Below, piece by piece: positions 51,001 through 62,353 of a stretch of DNA of 64,000 nucleotides. The notes beneath the pieces are model-generated. The model was not told where the DNA came from, made no database searches, and saw only the letters and a program-made list of their open reading frames with translations. The DNA is taken from the NCBI GenBank assembly GCA_965116905.1, contig OZ220732.1, forward strand, positions 3,392,001 to 3,456,000, given 5' to 3'. Source of the stretch: Longimicrobiales bacterium (GTDB taxonomy: Bacteria; Gemmatimonadota; Gemmatimonadetes; Longimicrobiales; Gaopeijiaceae). The translations under genes were made by a program, and so were the position numbers. Position 1 is the stretch's first letter. Each line of letters starts with the position of its first letter.

Positions 51001-51397
51001 CATCGTCCGTCCTCCACACACCACCCTGGGCGGCGCCGATGTAGATCGTGTTGGGGTTGCGGGGATGAATCGCGATCGCCGATACCCGGCCGGATGTGTC
51101 CCAGCCAAAATCATCCGTGCGATCCGGGCCGAGCGAACGCCATCGGGACGAGACCACGGAGCCTGGGAAGGGGCCGGCTCCCGCCATGGCCTCCACCTGC
51201 CTCCGCGCCAACTGCAAGCGCTCCGCCAGGTTAACGCCGACACCCGAATAGAGCCGCAAACGGTCGAACTCCATCCGGGCGATGATACCGTCCGTCGTTT
51301 CGTCCTGCGCGGCGGCAGAGTGCGGCGCCGTGGCACCGTGCAGGATTCCCGCCAGCAGGGTAAGCCGGCACAGAAGGGATCTGAGTCCTTCATTCAT
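48005..51397 (-). CDS. Secreted BNR/Asp-box (VPS10-like) beta-propeller protein with C-terminal beta-sandwich (BACON-like) domains
   Basis: Signal peptide ...SAAA-QD; WRSLGP..SGRVSAIAIHP; many S/T.DGG.TW Asp-boxes; GGTQDQG; ATHGRG. Confidence 0.85.
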   Translation of the reverse strand: MNEGLRSLLCRLTLLAGILHGATAPHSAAAQDETTDGIIARMEFDRLRLYSGVGVNLAERLQLARRQVEAMAGAGPFPGSVVSSRWRSLGPDRTDDFGWDTSGRVSAIAIHPRNPNTIYIGAAQGGVWRTDDAGASWRPLTDSECSLAMGSIAIDPVNPEIIYAGTGEQHFSGDSYYGCGVLRSTNGGITWEQLGSSVFQRQGWGGTRISRVHIDPSSAGTTNATVVMVASTYGLFRSENSGRTWRTVLDGVVTDLVMRPGDPALLYAALRRDRRDARDKPVIYRSMDGGVSWISVSPAFPEHAEVGRVNLAVAPSDPDVLYASIYDRSEDARREGLLMYRSDDGADTWTHVEATGASCHRQCWYDMTLAVHPEDADRVNLGTLLLYLSEDGGRTFREFHPEDTYVDQHLMVFDTLTGPDVLYLANDGGVYRSMDAGATYTSLSTNLAITQFYSGIALHPLDPAVTLGGTQDQGTQRSAAGTTIWTKVMGGDGGFTAFDAEDPSIWYGEYQLDQPRRNGEFVGMGINEDDERLFIPPFVMDPIDSRRLYFGTTRLYRTDDRAETWVPVFEGDGRSRISAIAPSASDPDVVYIGLSYARSGPMVFATRDGGATWSGQEGSLPSRYVGDLAVHPTDPDQAYAVVGGFGTGHVFETTDGGETWEDRSGNLPDMPVNAVLYDPADPAGVYIGTDLGVFYSARGGGIWSPLDDAFPMVAVFDLAAQPGTGRLVAATHGRGMFEIPIDIPLLASTRPGTVADTAFAATDTSFGGTVIVAPRGRGDYGAPWTARTADQPWLSVADGAGVGRGRFDYTIATGADLLPGDHKGTITVDVAGTDPVVIPVELRARYWSTIAAARTGSKRSLPMGHGEAVTDSVDVEFDGPRAALTPWSATRSGPGWADLVQASGTGDGTVTWTGDVSELGVGLYVDTILISGPLAAESPVAFLDSLSVEPPLALIALHMADGLGVAGLARAQGDSLSVGLSGFGAESAVWFAESGGSWLELEQTAGGRSDPIVWNRSAAALEAGIHEDTIRIGVRDHPHLHGLIVDRFDVQDPIGVDAAALQLLGQEHLADAQVRFLEWFGNQDGKFNAGDVLRWLHHCAAPDAGGTGGGCAPTSAPAPRTVSDSAGRRP

Positions 51398-51885
51398 GGC
51401 GCTTCACCTGCGGAGGTGGCGCCCGCGAGTCCGCAGCCAGCGTGTCCGCAGCAGGCGACACGCCAAGCGGTGATCACCTGGGCAAAAGTCGCGATCATAT
51501 TATCGTAGTTGGAGATTAAGAACGATTACATAGCGATAGAATATCCCAACTCCAGGAGAGTATCGTGATGGATGGCGTGCTGCAAGCCTGGATGGCGTGC
51601 TGCAAGCCGGGCGAGTCACCAGGTAGGACGGCCTCGACACGGTCCTGCGTGCTTCCGCCACGGCAACGGCAATTCCGGTGCCCCGGCGGAACGCCCGGTC
51701 GTGCCATTCGACCGATATCCTTACGTTTCGAGAAAATCACGAAATAGTGACGCGTAGCGATAATCTCATACTCTATCGCTCGATACAGTGAGATTACCGC
51801 GATTCCATCTTGCCGCACCTTCGAGCGGCAACTACTTTGCGGCGTTGTTGGGTCGTCAGGCAGGATCCTAAGCAGGAGAAGCGGA

Positions 51886-52887
51886 ATGCGGCAGCATTTG
51901 TTGGGATTGGTCGCGCTACTCGTGGTCAACACGGCATTCCTGGTTGCCATACCCCCCAATGCCAGCGCTCAGCGAGTGCGCGTGATCGCAGACGGGACAC
52001 AGGTGCGACTCGCTCCGGATCCGGATGGCCCAGTCGTGGCGACCATTGACGCGGGCTCCATCCTGGAGCAGGTCGTCAGCGATGGACCCTTCGCTGGCGT
52101 GCTCTTCACGACCGTCGGCGATCACGGACCCGGGCCGCGCAGGGCCTCTTTCGTGCAGCCGCAATACGCCGCGGCGGACGCGATGCAATCGTCTGGCAAA
52201 AGGAAGATCTTTGTGGGCCTCGCGCTCGTCGGCACGTCCTGGGCGGCCCTGCAGTTCCTCCCGTTCCTGTCGGTTCCAGACAAGGATGACTATGCGGACA
52301 ACAGTTCCTATCAGGCCGCGCTGAACAGGCGATCCAACGCCGAGACCGGCCAGAGGGTGTTGGCCGGCCTTGGGCTGGCGGTCTCCGCATGGGGAATTGG
52401 TCAGGTCGTCCGTGCCTCGAGGATGAGAGCCGATGTTGAACTGGAAGCGCGTCGCGCAGCGGCGCCAGGCGTGGAACTGCGGTACGCCATCGCGAGGGAG
52501 CGGATCGGCTCGGGAAGGAAGAAGCTCCTGTGGGGCATCGCTCTCGCGGGCGCGTCCTACGCGACAGTCAACTGGGTCCCCTACCTGGCCGCCCCCGACC
52601 CCCGCGACTACAACGATGATGCTTCGTACCAGGTCGCTCTCGACCGGCGGAAGAATGCCGAACGGGTGCGGAACGGGGCCATGGCCTTGAGCGGGGCGCT
52701 GGGCGCATGGGGCATTTACCAGTGGCGCGCTGGCTCCAGCGAGGTGGCTGCCATTGACGCGGAAGTCGGCGCACGGTCGGCCGCGTTGGAACTCCCGCTG
52801 TCGGCCGCCCACTCGGATGTCGCTGTCGGCTTGTTCGCCACTCCGGTCGGGCGGCGGACCGCGATCGGCTTCCAGTTGGTCTGGTAA
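51886..52887 (+). CDS. Secreted/membrane protein with SH3b-like N-terminus and a duplicated helical hairpin unit
   Basis: AGGAG SD; signal peptide ...NASA-QR; VRLAPD.D.PVVATI..G..L; two repeats SG.(R/K)K...G.AL.G.S......P(F/Y)L..PD..DY.D..SYQ.AL.RR.NAE. Confidence 0.7.
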   Translation: MRQHLLGLVALLVVNTAFLVAIPPNASAQRVRVIADGTQVRLAPDPDGPVVATIDAGSILEQVVSDGPFAGVLFTTVGDHGPGPRRASFVQPQYAAADAMQSSGKRKIFVGLALVGTSWAALQFLPFLSVPDKDDYADNSSYQAALNRRSNAETGQRVLAGLGLAVSAWGIGQVVRASRMRADVELEARRAAAPGVELRYAIARERIGSGRKKLLWGIALAGASYATVNWVPYLAAPDPRDYNDDASYQVALDRRKNAERVRNGAMALSGALGAWGIYQWRAGSSEVAAIDAEVGARSAALELPLSAAHSDVAVGLFATPVGRRTAIGFQLVW

Positions 52888-52910
52888 CTCCGGTGGACCC
52901 GGATGGGCCG

Positions 52911-55463
<2,553 letters not shown>

Positions 55464-55547
55464 CCCTCATGCAATCACATAGCGGGCCCCGGAGCGGGCT
55501 CCAGAACCGACAGCCGGATTCCAACCCAAGGAGGAGGTGAGTACCAC

Positions 55548-56399
55548 GTGTCCAATCGATTCAACGTGTCCGAGCGATTGAAGGTGTCCAATCGGGTCAT
55601 CGTTCTAGGCGTTTCCTTCTTGGCCGGAGTGCTGTGGGTCGCGCTGCTTACGGTCCTGTTGTCCGGAAACCCCGAGAGTACAGCGGCCGATCTGCTCCTG
55701 GACCGGAATACCCGACTGTTTCCGTATCCGTTCACCATCCAGAACCTGATGTGGATCGTCTTCAGCATGGCGGCCGGGGAGCTTGTCGTCAGGCTCATGG
55801 CAGGGCGGCGCGAGAAAGAGCAGCTTGCGCTGGGACTGTTGCCGGAGGACCACCGGACCGTCTTTCGCCAACGGGACATCGGGCCCGTCTACCGGCGTGT
55901 GAGCGAGTCTGACCCCGACGGGCAGTTCTGGTTGCAACGCCTGCTTTCCGGCTCTCTGCTCCAATACCAGAGCACCGGTTCGATCGAGCAGGTCAGCACC
56001 ATGCTGAACATGTCACTGGAACTTTGCCAGAACGAGATAGAGCTGCGATACAACATGCTTCGCTACTACGTCTGGCTCATCCCCACACTCGGATTCGTCG
56101 GCACGGTCATGGGGATCGCTTTCGCGTTGCGGACGGCTGGCACCGTGTTTGCCGGTGCCGACCCGACATCCGATATGGTGTCGATAGGACCAACCATGAT
56201 GGAGGGCATGACGGCCGACCTGGGAGTCGCGTTCTATACGACGCTGCTCGCCTTGCTGCAGTCCGCCGTGCTGATGTTCGCCCTGCACCTGATGCATGAG
56301 CGCGAGGAGCGGGCTCTCAACCGCGTTGGCCAGTACTGCCTGAAGAACCTGGTCAACCGCCTCTACGAACCAAACGCCGGACATGAACAGAAGGCCTGA
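55548..56399 (+). CDS. MotA/TolQ/ExbB family proton-channel protein
   Basis: AGGAGGT SD, GTG start; LIPTLGFVGTVMGI and LGVAFYTTLLAL helices; 4 TM segments. Confidence 0.88.
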   Translation: MSNRFNVSERLKVSNRVIVLGVSFLAGVLWVALLTVLLSGNPESTAADLLLDRNTRLFPYPFTIQNLMWIVFSMAAGELVVRLMAGRREKEQLALGLLPEDHRTVFRQRDIGPVYRRVSESDPDGQFWLQRLLSGSLLQYQSTGSIEQVSTMLNMSLELCQNEIELRYNMLRYYVWLIPTLGFVGTVMGIAFALRTAGTVFAGADPTSDMVSIGPTMMEGMTADLGVAFYTTLLALLQSAVLMFALHLMHEREERALNRVGQYCLKNLVNRLYEPNAGHEQKA

Positions 56400-56435
56400 C
56401 CGGGCAACCCACAACGAACACGGAGGATGACAGAC

Positions 56436-56936
56436 ATGCCGTTGCGACGAGACGACGAAGGGAAGGTAGTTTTCGAACAGACCAAGGCGAACCCGGCCAA
56501 GAAGAAGGGCGGAAGCGCGCCGAGCGACCAGGCCACGGTGCTGCGGCGGAGTGCGGGGGAAACGATCAAGGGCGCCATGGGCGATCCGCCGGTGGGATGG
56601 CTCGTGATCGTGGGCGGCCCCGGGAAAGGCAGTTTCGTAAAGCTCGGTGTCGGCGCGAACGCCATCGGACGGAAGAACAGTGACGAGAACCGGGTGGTGC
56701 TGGACTACGGGGACAAGACGATCTCGCGCGTGCGGCATTGCGTCGTCGCGTACGACCAGGAAAACCGGAAGTTCTTCCTCCAGCACGACAGGGGAACTCA
56801 TCTCGTGTACATCGGCAGCGAGCCCGTCCTTTCGGTTCAGGAGCTGAAACCCGGCATGCACATTCGAATCGGACGGACGGACCTGCGTTTTGTGCCGGTG
56901 TGCGGGCCCGATTTCGATTGGGACGGGGACGGCTGA
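56436..56936 (+). CDS. FHA domain protein
   Basis: GGAGGA SD; PVGWLVIVGGPGKG....L......IGR...D.TISR..H..V.YD motifs; EL..G..IRIGRT.LRF. Confidence 0.85.
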   Translation: MPLRRDDEGKVVFEQTKANPAKKKGGSAPSDQATVLRRSAGETIKGAMGDPPVGWLVIVGGPGKGSFVKLGVGANAIGRKNSDENRVVLDYGDKTISRVRHCVVAYDQENRKFFLQHDRGTHLVYIGSEPVLSVQELKPGMHIRIGRTDLRFVPVCGPDFDWDGDG

Positions 56937-56940
56937 AGCC

Positions 56941-57771
56941 ATGGCAAGCCGGGACAATCCCAGGCGCTACGGCGATCGGGTTGCGGGAGGTCAGATCATC
57001 GGTGCTCGGAAGCGCCAGGAGGATGACTTTCACGTGGTCAGGTTGATCGACGACGGAGATCAGTGTGCGCATCTCATGATACTGGCGGACGGGATGGGCG
57101 GGCATCCTGGTGGTGTGGAAGCCAGCGGCGTCGCGGTCTCGGCCTTCGCCGACGCATTCAAGGCGGCGAAGTGGGAAGGAACGGCCGAGCGTCTACGCGC
57201 TTCTCTCGATGCGGCCGATGCGGCCGTCGCTCAGCATTCGGACCAGCATGACGGCTATTCCGGGATGGGTTGCACACTTGTGGCCTGTGTCGTGATGAAA
57301 GACGGGACAGCGCTATGGACCAGCGTGGGAGATTCACTGCTGTTCCACTTGCCCGCCGGTCGTAGCCGCACCGTAACTCGTCTCAATGAAGATCATTCGA
57401 TGCGGCCAGTGCTGGAGGACATGGTCCGCCTGGGCCGCATGACGCCCGAGGAGGCCGAACACGGCCCGGTCAACCAGTTGCGCTCTGCGTTGACGGGCGA
57501 GGGTCTGACGCTCGTCGACGAAGGGGCGGAAGCGGTCGAGCTGAAGGCCGATGACTGGCTCATCGTGGCTAGCGATGGGCTGAACACGCTGCAGGCGGAC
57601 GAATTACGGCAGCTCTGCGACGAACACCGAACTCCCTACACCGTGGTTTCCGAGCTATTGATGGCTGTCACGGAGCGGGCCAGGACCGCGCAGGACAACA
57701 CCACCGTCATTGCCTATCGGCACTCGCGCGGTTCGTCGAGGTCCCTGTGGCAGCGCCTCTTCAGCCGATAG
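56941..57771 (+). CDS. PP2C/PPM family Ser/Thr phosphatase
   Basis: R..QED, LADGMGGH..G..AS, GCT, VGDS, DHS, ASDGL, QDNTT motifs. Confidence 0.93.
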   Translation: MASRDNPRRYGDRVAGGQIIGARKRQEDDFHVVRLIDDGDQCAHLMILADGMGGHPGGVEASGVAVSAFADAFKAAKWEGTAERLRASLDAADAAVAQHSDQHDGYSGMGCTLVACVVMKDGTALWTSVGDSLLFHLPAGRSRTVTRLNEDHSMRPVLEDMVRLGRMTPEEAEHGPVNQLRSALTGEGLTLVDEGAEAVELKADDWLIVASDGLNTLQADELRQLCDEHRTPYTVVSELLMAVTERARTAQDNTTVIAYRHSRGSSRSLWQRLFSR

Positions 57772-57790
57772 CGCCGGCCCTGGTCCGCAA

Positions 57791-58666
57791 CTACAGCAGG
57801 GACAGCAAGAGGTTGACGGTGAGCGAACCGCCGGTGTCCCGCACGAACTGGCCGCCGCCCACGTTGGCGACACGTTCAAGAAACGACTCCACTGTGCCGC
57901 CGCCAACGCCCGTCTCCACATAGACCGTAGAGATCCGGTAGCCGCCCGATCCGGAGAGATTGTTCGCCAGGGCGAAAGTCTGGGTGACGTCCTCCGGGTA
58001 GCCCGGACTGTCGGTGATCAGCACGATCGCTCGCTCTTCCGCCTGTGGGCGCCAGGACATCCCAACGGCTTGGTTCAGCGCCATCAGGAAAGCCTCGGGA
58101 ACGTCGGAGTTCACGCCGCCGCCCCTTCCCACGCCGATCTCGAGCTCGTTCACGAAGTCCCTGAACGCCGCGAGATTGCCGGGCGACCCGCTTATCTCGC
58201 GCAAATCGAATGTCGTGAGGGGTTCTTCAAAGAACCGGTCGCCAAACGCGACAAGACCGATGCCCAGAGTCGGGGACAGACGGCTCAGGACTTCGCTCAG
58301 CTGGCCCACTTCGGACTTCAGGTCTTCGATCTGCTGGCCCATGCTGCTGGTGATATCCAACGCGATGACCAGGTCGAAGTGCGGAAACTGGGTCCTGGCC
58401 AGGTCCTGAGTGGGTTCGGGACATGTCACCGGGGTGACGACCGGACACACCGGGCAGACGACGGGATCGGGGCAGGGCGTCGGCTCCTCGGGCTCCGCGG
58501 GGGGCGGGCAAACGGGGCAGACGACCGGATCCACGGGCGTCGGGGAGGTATTCGGAAAGTACGGGAAGATCACGACCGATATGAGGATGAACGCACCCAG
58601 CGCGGATGCGAACAGGTCCAGCGCCGACATCCCGAAGATGCTGATTTCCCGATTGCGTCGTCTCAT
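57791..58666 (-). CDS. vWA domain protein with MotB/ExbD-like N-terminal TM and Cys/Pro linker
   Basis: MRRRNREISIFGMSALDLFASALGAFILISVVIFPYF (Asp at TM start); VCPVCP repeats; MIDAS LDITSSM, D.PE, LITD. Confidence 0.85.
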   Translation of the reverse strand: MRRRNREISIFGMSALDLFASALGAFILISVVIFPYFPNTSPTPVDPVVCPVCPPPAEPEEPTPCPDPVVCPVCPVVTPVTCPEPTQDLARTQFPHFDLVIALDITSSMGQQIEDLKSEVGQLSEVLSRLSPTLGIGLVAFGDRFFEEPLTTFDLREISGSPGNLAAFRDFVNELEIGVGRGGGVNSDVPEAFLMALNQAVGMSWRPQAEERAIVLITDSPGYPEDVTQTFALANNLSGSGGYRISTVYVETGVGGGTVESFLERVANVGGGQFVRDTGGSLTVNLLLSLL

Positions 58667-58754
58667 GTTCTGTCTCCGGTGAACGGATTGTTGTTGCGAA
58701 TAGTCGTCGCGCCCTGGGGGATGCGGACGCGAAGCCGGCTGTGCCGGTTCATGC

Positions 58755-60800
58755 CTATGGACATTTTCTGTTGGTGCCGCTTACGTCGTTGACCGCCTGC
58801 AGCCACGCCGCGAAGGAGGCGTTGTTCGGAACGCACAGGTCGGTGTCGTTGAAGTACAACAGCTCAAGTGAGCCGAGGTTCGTCAGGGACAGGGGCAACG
58901 GGCCGGTCAGGTTGGCGTTGTTGTGCACTTCCAACTGTCGCAGGTTGGTGATATTGCCGAGTTCGGAGGGGATCGGGCCCGTCAGATTGTTGTCATCCAG
59001 TTTTAGGCGCCACAGGTCGAGATTGCCGAGTTCAGAGGGGATCGGGCCCGTCCGGTTGCTGGAGGAGACGATCAGGTCCCATAAGGGTAGATCGCCCAGC
59101 CAGCCGGGGATCGGGCCCGGCGTTAGGTCGTTGCGACTGAGGCATAGGCTCCTTAAGCCCCTGAGGTTACGCAGCCAGCTGGGGAACGGGCCCGTCAGGT
59201 TGTTGTTACAAGCCCAGATGGTTCGCAGGTTTGCGAGGTTGCCGAGTTCGGAAGGGATCGGGCCCGTCAGGTCGTTTGCCTGGAGGTTCAGGTACTCCAG
59301 ATTGGCGAGGTTGCCGAGTTCGGAGGGGATCGGGCCCGTCCGGTTATTGCCCGCTAGGTCCAGGGACTCCATGTTGGTGAGGTTGGCCAGCCATCCGGGG
59401 ATCGGACCCACGGTCAGGCGCCAATTCCAGCCGAGGTCCAGGTGTACCAGGCGAGTGAGTTTGCCGAGTTCGGAAGGGACCGGGCCCGTCAGATCGTTGC
59501 TGTTGAGGTATAGAGTCCGCAGATCGGTGAGATTGCCCAGTTCCGAGGGGATCGGGCCCGTCAGGTCGTTTTGGGTGAAATCTAGCCGTTGCAGGTTGGT
59601 GAGATTGCCGAGACTGGAGGGGATCGAGCCCGCCAAGTTGTTGACTCGGAGGTGTAGTGCGACCACTCGCCCGGCGCGGTCGGTTGTAACCCCGTACCAC
59701 CGGTCGATCCGCACTCCCTCGGCCATCCAGTTCTCGCGGTTCTCCCAGCTTGGGCCCCCGGTGGCGTTGTACAAATCTTCCAGGGGCTTGCGATCCTGGC
59801 TGTACGACTCGGCCTCGACCACCACTTGCAGGGATGAGTCCCGCACCCGCGCCCGGAGCCGCTGTGTGCCCCAGATGTCCCCGAGCGTCCACGCGGTCCG
59901 GGCGAGGCCCTGGCCATCGGTCTTCACCGAGGCGGGGCTCGCCGAGCCGTGACCCTGCGACGCACCCTCAAAGACGATCTCGATTCCTACCAGCGGACGC
60001 CCGCTCTCGTCCGCCACGCTGATCTCCACCGGGTTCGGCAGCTTCGCGCCCACCACCGCCCACTGACCGGCGCCCGAAGCCAGCGAGATCCTCACCTCCC
60101 GCACCCGGACCGCAGCGGTCACGGACTCGGCGCCGACCGAGGCAGTCATCGTCTGCGTGCCGCCCTGGGTGCCCACCGTCCACAGGGTACGGGCGATGCC
60201 CTGGCCATCGGTCGTCGCCGCAGGAGGACTCGCCGAACCCGAGCCCTGAGCGGGTGCGAACCGTACCGTCACGCCGGCGACCGGATCCGGGCCCGCACGG
60301 GCCCGCACCGTCACTTCGACGACGTCCCCCGACAGCACCGTCGCCGGCAGGCTCCCCGCCAGTTCGACGCTCACCGGCAGCACCTGGACCGAGGCGGTCG
60401 CGGACGCGGTGCCGACCGAGGCGGTCAGCGTCTGCGGACCGCCCTGGGTGCCGACCGTCCATTGCGTCCGGGAGTAGCCCTGGCCGTCGGTCGTCGCCGC
60501 GGCCGGACTCGCCGAACCGGAGCCCTGAGCGGGTGTGAACCGCACCGTCGCGCCGGCGACCGGGTCCAGGCCCGCGCCTCCCAGGGCCCGGACTGTCACT
60601 TCGACCGACCGCCCCGGCGGCACCGTCGCTGGCAGGGTCCCCACCAGTTCGATCACGCTCACCGCGTCGTTGGGGTCCCACTCGGGGCTGCTGGGGCCAT
60701 CGCCGCCGCCGCAACCTCCCCACGCCGCCGTAGCGACCGCGACGGCAAGAAGGCCGCCGCGCCCCGGCGACGCGAACGAGAAGCTGGCCGCGCCGGTCAT
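58755..60800 (-). CDS. Lipoprotein with three Ig-like (Big_1) repeats and ~11-12 plant-type LRRs
   Basis: WGGC lipobox-like; GSASP....TDGQG..RT.WT.G...G.Q repeats; LYNATGGPSW....NW....I.RWYGV cap; NDLTGPIPSELGNL repeats. Confidence 0.88.
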   Translation of the reverse strand: MTGAASFSFASPGRGGLLAVAVATAAWGGCGGGDGPSSPEWDPNDAVSVIELVGTLPATVPPGRSVEVTVRALGGAGLDPVAGATVRFTPAQGSGSASPAAATTDGQGYSRTQWTVGTQGGPQTLTASVGTASATASVQVLPVSVELAGSLPATVLSGDVVEVTVRARAGPDPVAGVTVRFAPAQGSGSASPPAATTDGQGIARTLWTVGTQGGTQTMTASVGAESVTAAVRVREVRISLASGAGQWAVVGAKLPNPVEISVADESGRPLVGIEIVFEGASQGHGSASPASVKTDGQGLARTAWTLGDIWGTQRLRARVRDSSLQVVVEAESYSQDRKPLEDLYNATGGPSWENRENWMAEGVRIDRWYGVTTDRAGRVVALHLRVNNLAGSIPSSLGNLTNLQRLDFTQNDLTGPIPSELGNLTDLRTLYLNSNDLTGPVPSELGKLTRLVHLDLGWNWRLTVGPIPGWLANLTNMESLDLAGNNRTGPIPSELGNLANLEYLNLQANDLTGPIPSELGNLANLRTIWACNNNLTGPFPSWLRNLRGLRSLCLSRNDLTPGPIPGWLGDLPLWDLIVSSSNRTGPIPSELGNLDLWRLKLDDNNLTGPIPSELGNITNLRQLEVHNNANLTGPLPLSLTNLGSLELLYFNDTDLCVPNNASFAAWLQAVNDVSGTNRKCP

Positions 60801-60810
60801 GCCTGCGACT

Positions 60811-62142
60811 TCAGCGACGTCGCGTGTACACCAGCAGCACGCCGTTCGTGCCCTGGCGTCCGTACCGGGCTGCGGCATCTATGGGCGGAACAAACTGCAC
60901 GCTGGCGATGTCACTGGGCGAAATCAGAGAGGTCAGAGCGAATTCCGTTGCCAACGGGACATCGTCGATAAACACGGCGACGGCGTTCGCGCAGGGGTCG
61001 CCACCACGCACGGTCCCCGCTGATCGATACGTCAGACAAATGCCTTGCCTGCTCATCGTCGTGGGATCCAACATCTGGCCGATGCGCAGCCCCGGGATCC
61101 GTGCGCTTCGAATGACGCCCTCAAAATCAAACACTCGATAGCGCAGCGAATCCATCGAGGCTTCGGTCAAGCCCAGGTAGCGTGCCGCGCCGCCGGCGCC
61201 CCGTTGACGCTGGCCTGTGGCGACGATCGGCTCCAACTCGATGGCATCCACTGACAACTGGATGTCCAATCCCAGGGCGTCGCCGAGGGCCGTCAACGAA
61301 TCGGTCCGGGTAGTGTACCCAAGTTGCCTCGTCTCGATGATCTGTTGACCCGGCGGCACGTTGGTGAAGCGAAACTCCCCGTTTGGACCCGTAAAGGTGG
61401 CGATCCCCGCGCCAACGAGCGATACCGTTACACCCTCGATGCCGGTGCCCGTGGTGTAGTCCGTCACCGACCCCGCCAATGTCACGGGCGCCGAGATGCG
61501 AATCGGCAGATCATGAGTCTGGGAACCGGACCCGGAAACCTGCACGGGATCGCTGCTGTTCGCCCCGAACATGGCTTGAATCGTGATTCCCTGACCGGAG
61601 TCCAGATTACAGAGCCGATACTCGCCTGACGCCCCTGTGCGGGCTGTGGCGATGACCCTCTGATCCTGCGGAAGCTCCGGGTCGTCGCTCAATGCCTGTA
61701 CGGTGGCGCCCAGAAGGGGACCGCCTCCCATGTCCGCGGCAACGGTCCCTTCAAGGTTCAGGTTCCCGCTGCCCTGTTCACCCAGGCACCAAGTCGCGAG
61801 CATCGTTCGCCGCGAAGGCCCGGCCAGGTACACATCCGTTGTCGAATTGGCCGCGACGCCGATTCGCTGCGGCGTGCCGTTCGCGCTGACGGCCGCAAGC
61901 CGGGGGTGGAAGAACGAAATGACGGCGTCCCCCAAGGGAACGTTGTCGATTTGGAACCGCCCGTCGTCTCCCGTCGTGGTCGTCAACCCCGTACCCATGA
62001 TGTAGACCTGGGCGTCGGGCAGCGGTTCGCCGGCGATGCTGTCGTAGACGAGTCCGATGACGGTCTGTGCGCTTGCGAGGCCGGGTGATCCCAAGCCGTA
62101 GGCGATGGCGAGCGCCAGAATTGCTCTTCCGAGCCTGGTCAT
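60811..62142 (-). CDS. Secreted protein with carboxypeptidase-regulatory-like repeats and C-terminal TonB-plug-like domain, no beta-barrel
   Basis: Signal ...LASA-QT; G.V.D...G.PL..A.V...T...G.F repeats; C-terminal VFIDDV....ISPSDIASVQFV....AAARYG..G.NGVLLVYTRR. Confidence 0.75.
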   Translation of the reverse strand: MTRLGRAILALAIAYGLGSPGLASAQTVIGLVYDSIAGEPLPDAQVYIMGTGLTTTTGDDGRFQIDNVPLGDAVISFFHPRLAAVSANGTPQRIGVAANSTTDVYLAGPSRRTMLATWCLGEQGSGNLNLEGTVAADMGGGPLLGATVQALSDDPELPQDQRVIATARTGASGEYRLCNLDSGQGITIQAMFGANSSDPVQVSGSGSQTHDLPIRISAPVTLAGSVTDYTTGTGIEGVTVSLVGAGIATFTGPNGEFRFTNVPPGQQIIETRQLGYTTRTDSLTALGDALGLDIQLSVDAIELEPIVATGQRQRGAGGAARYLGLTEASMDSLRYRVFDFEGVIRSARIPGLRIGQMLDPTTMSRQGICLTYRSAGTVRGGDPCANAVAVFIDDVPLATEFALTSLISPSDIASVQFVPPIDAAARYGRQGTNGVLLVYTRRR

Positions 62143-62353
62143 GATTCCCTCACTTGGTAGAGAGTAGCGTCCTACATTTGGGTCATTCACTTGCGCGCAG
62201 CATTATCCCGTCAGATTAGGGGTCCGCAACCGCTCAACGCAAGATCGGATTATCACTGTGATCTGCCCTAGAACGATAGTTGCCTGATCACTGAACACAT
62301 ACGCATGATAGTATCACGACTCCATTCGACTCTGGCTCCTCTTGCGGGGGTCG

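Noticed and set aside
55548..58666. Canonical Zorya, Tol-Pal, Ton or flagellar stator
   Set aside because: No OmpA-like PG-binding B subunit, no long ZorA tail, and no zorC/D/E, tolB/pal, tonB or flagellar genes in the window
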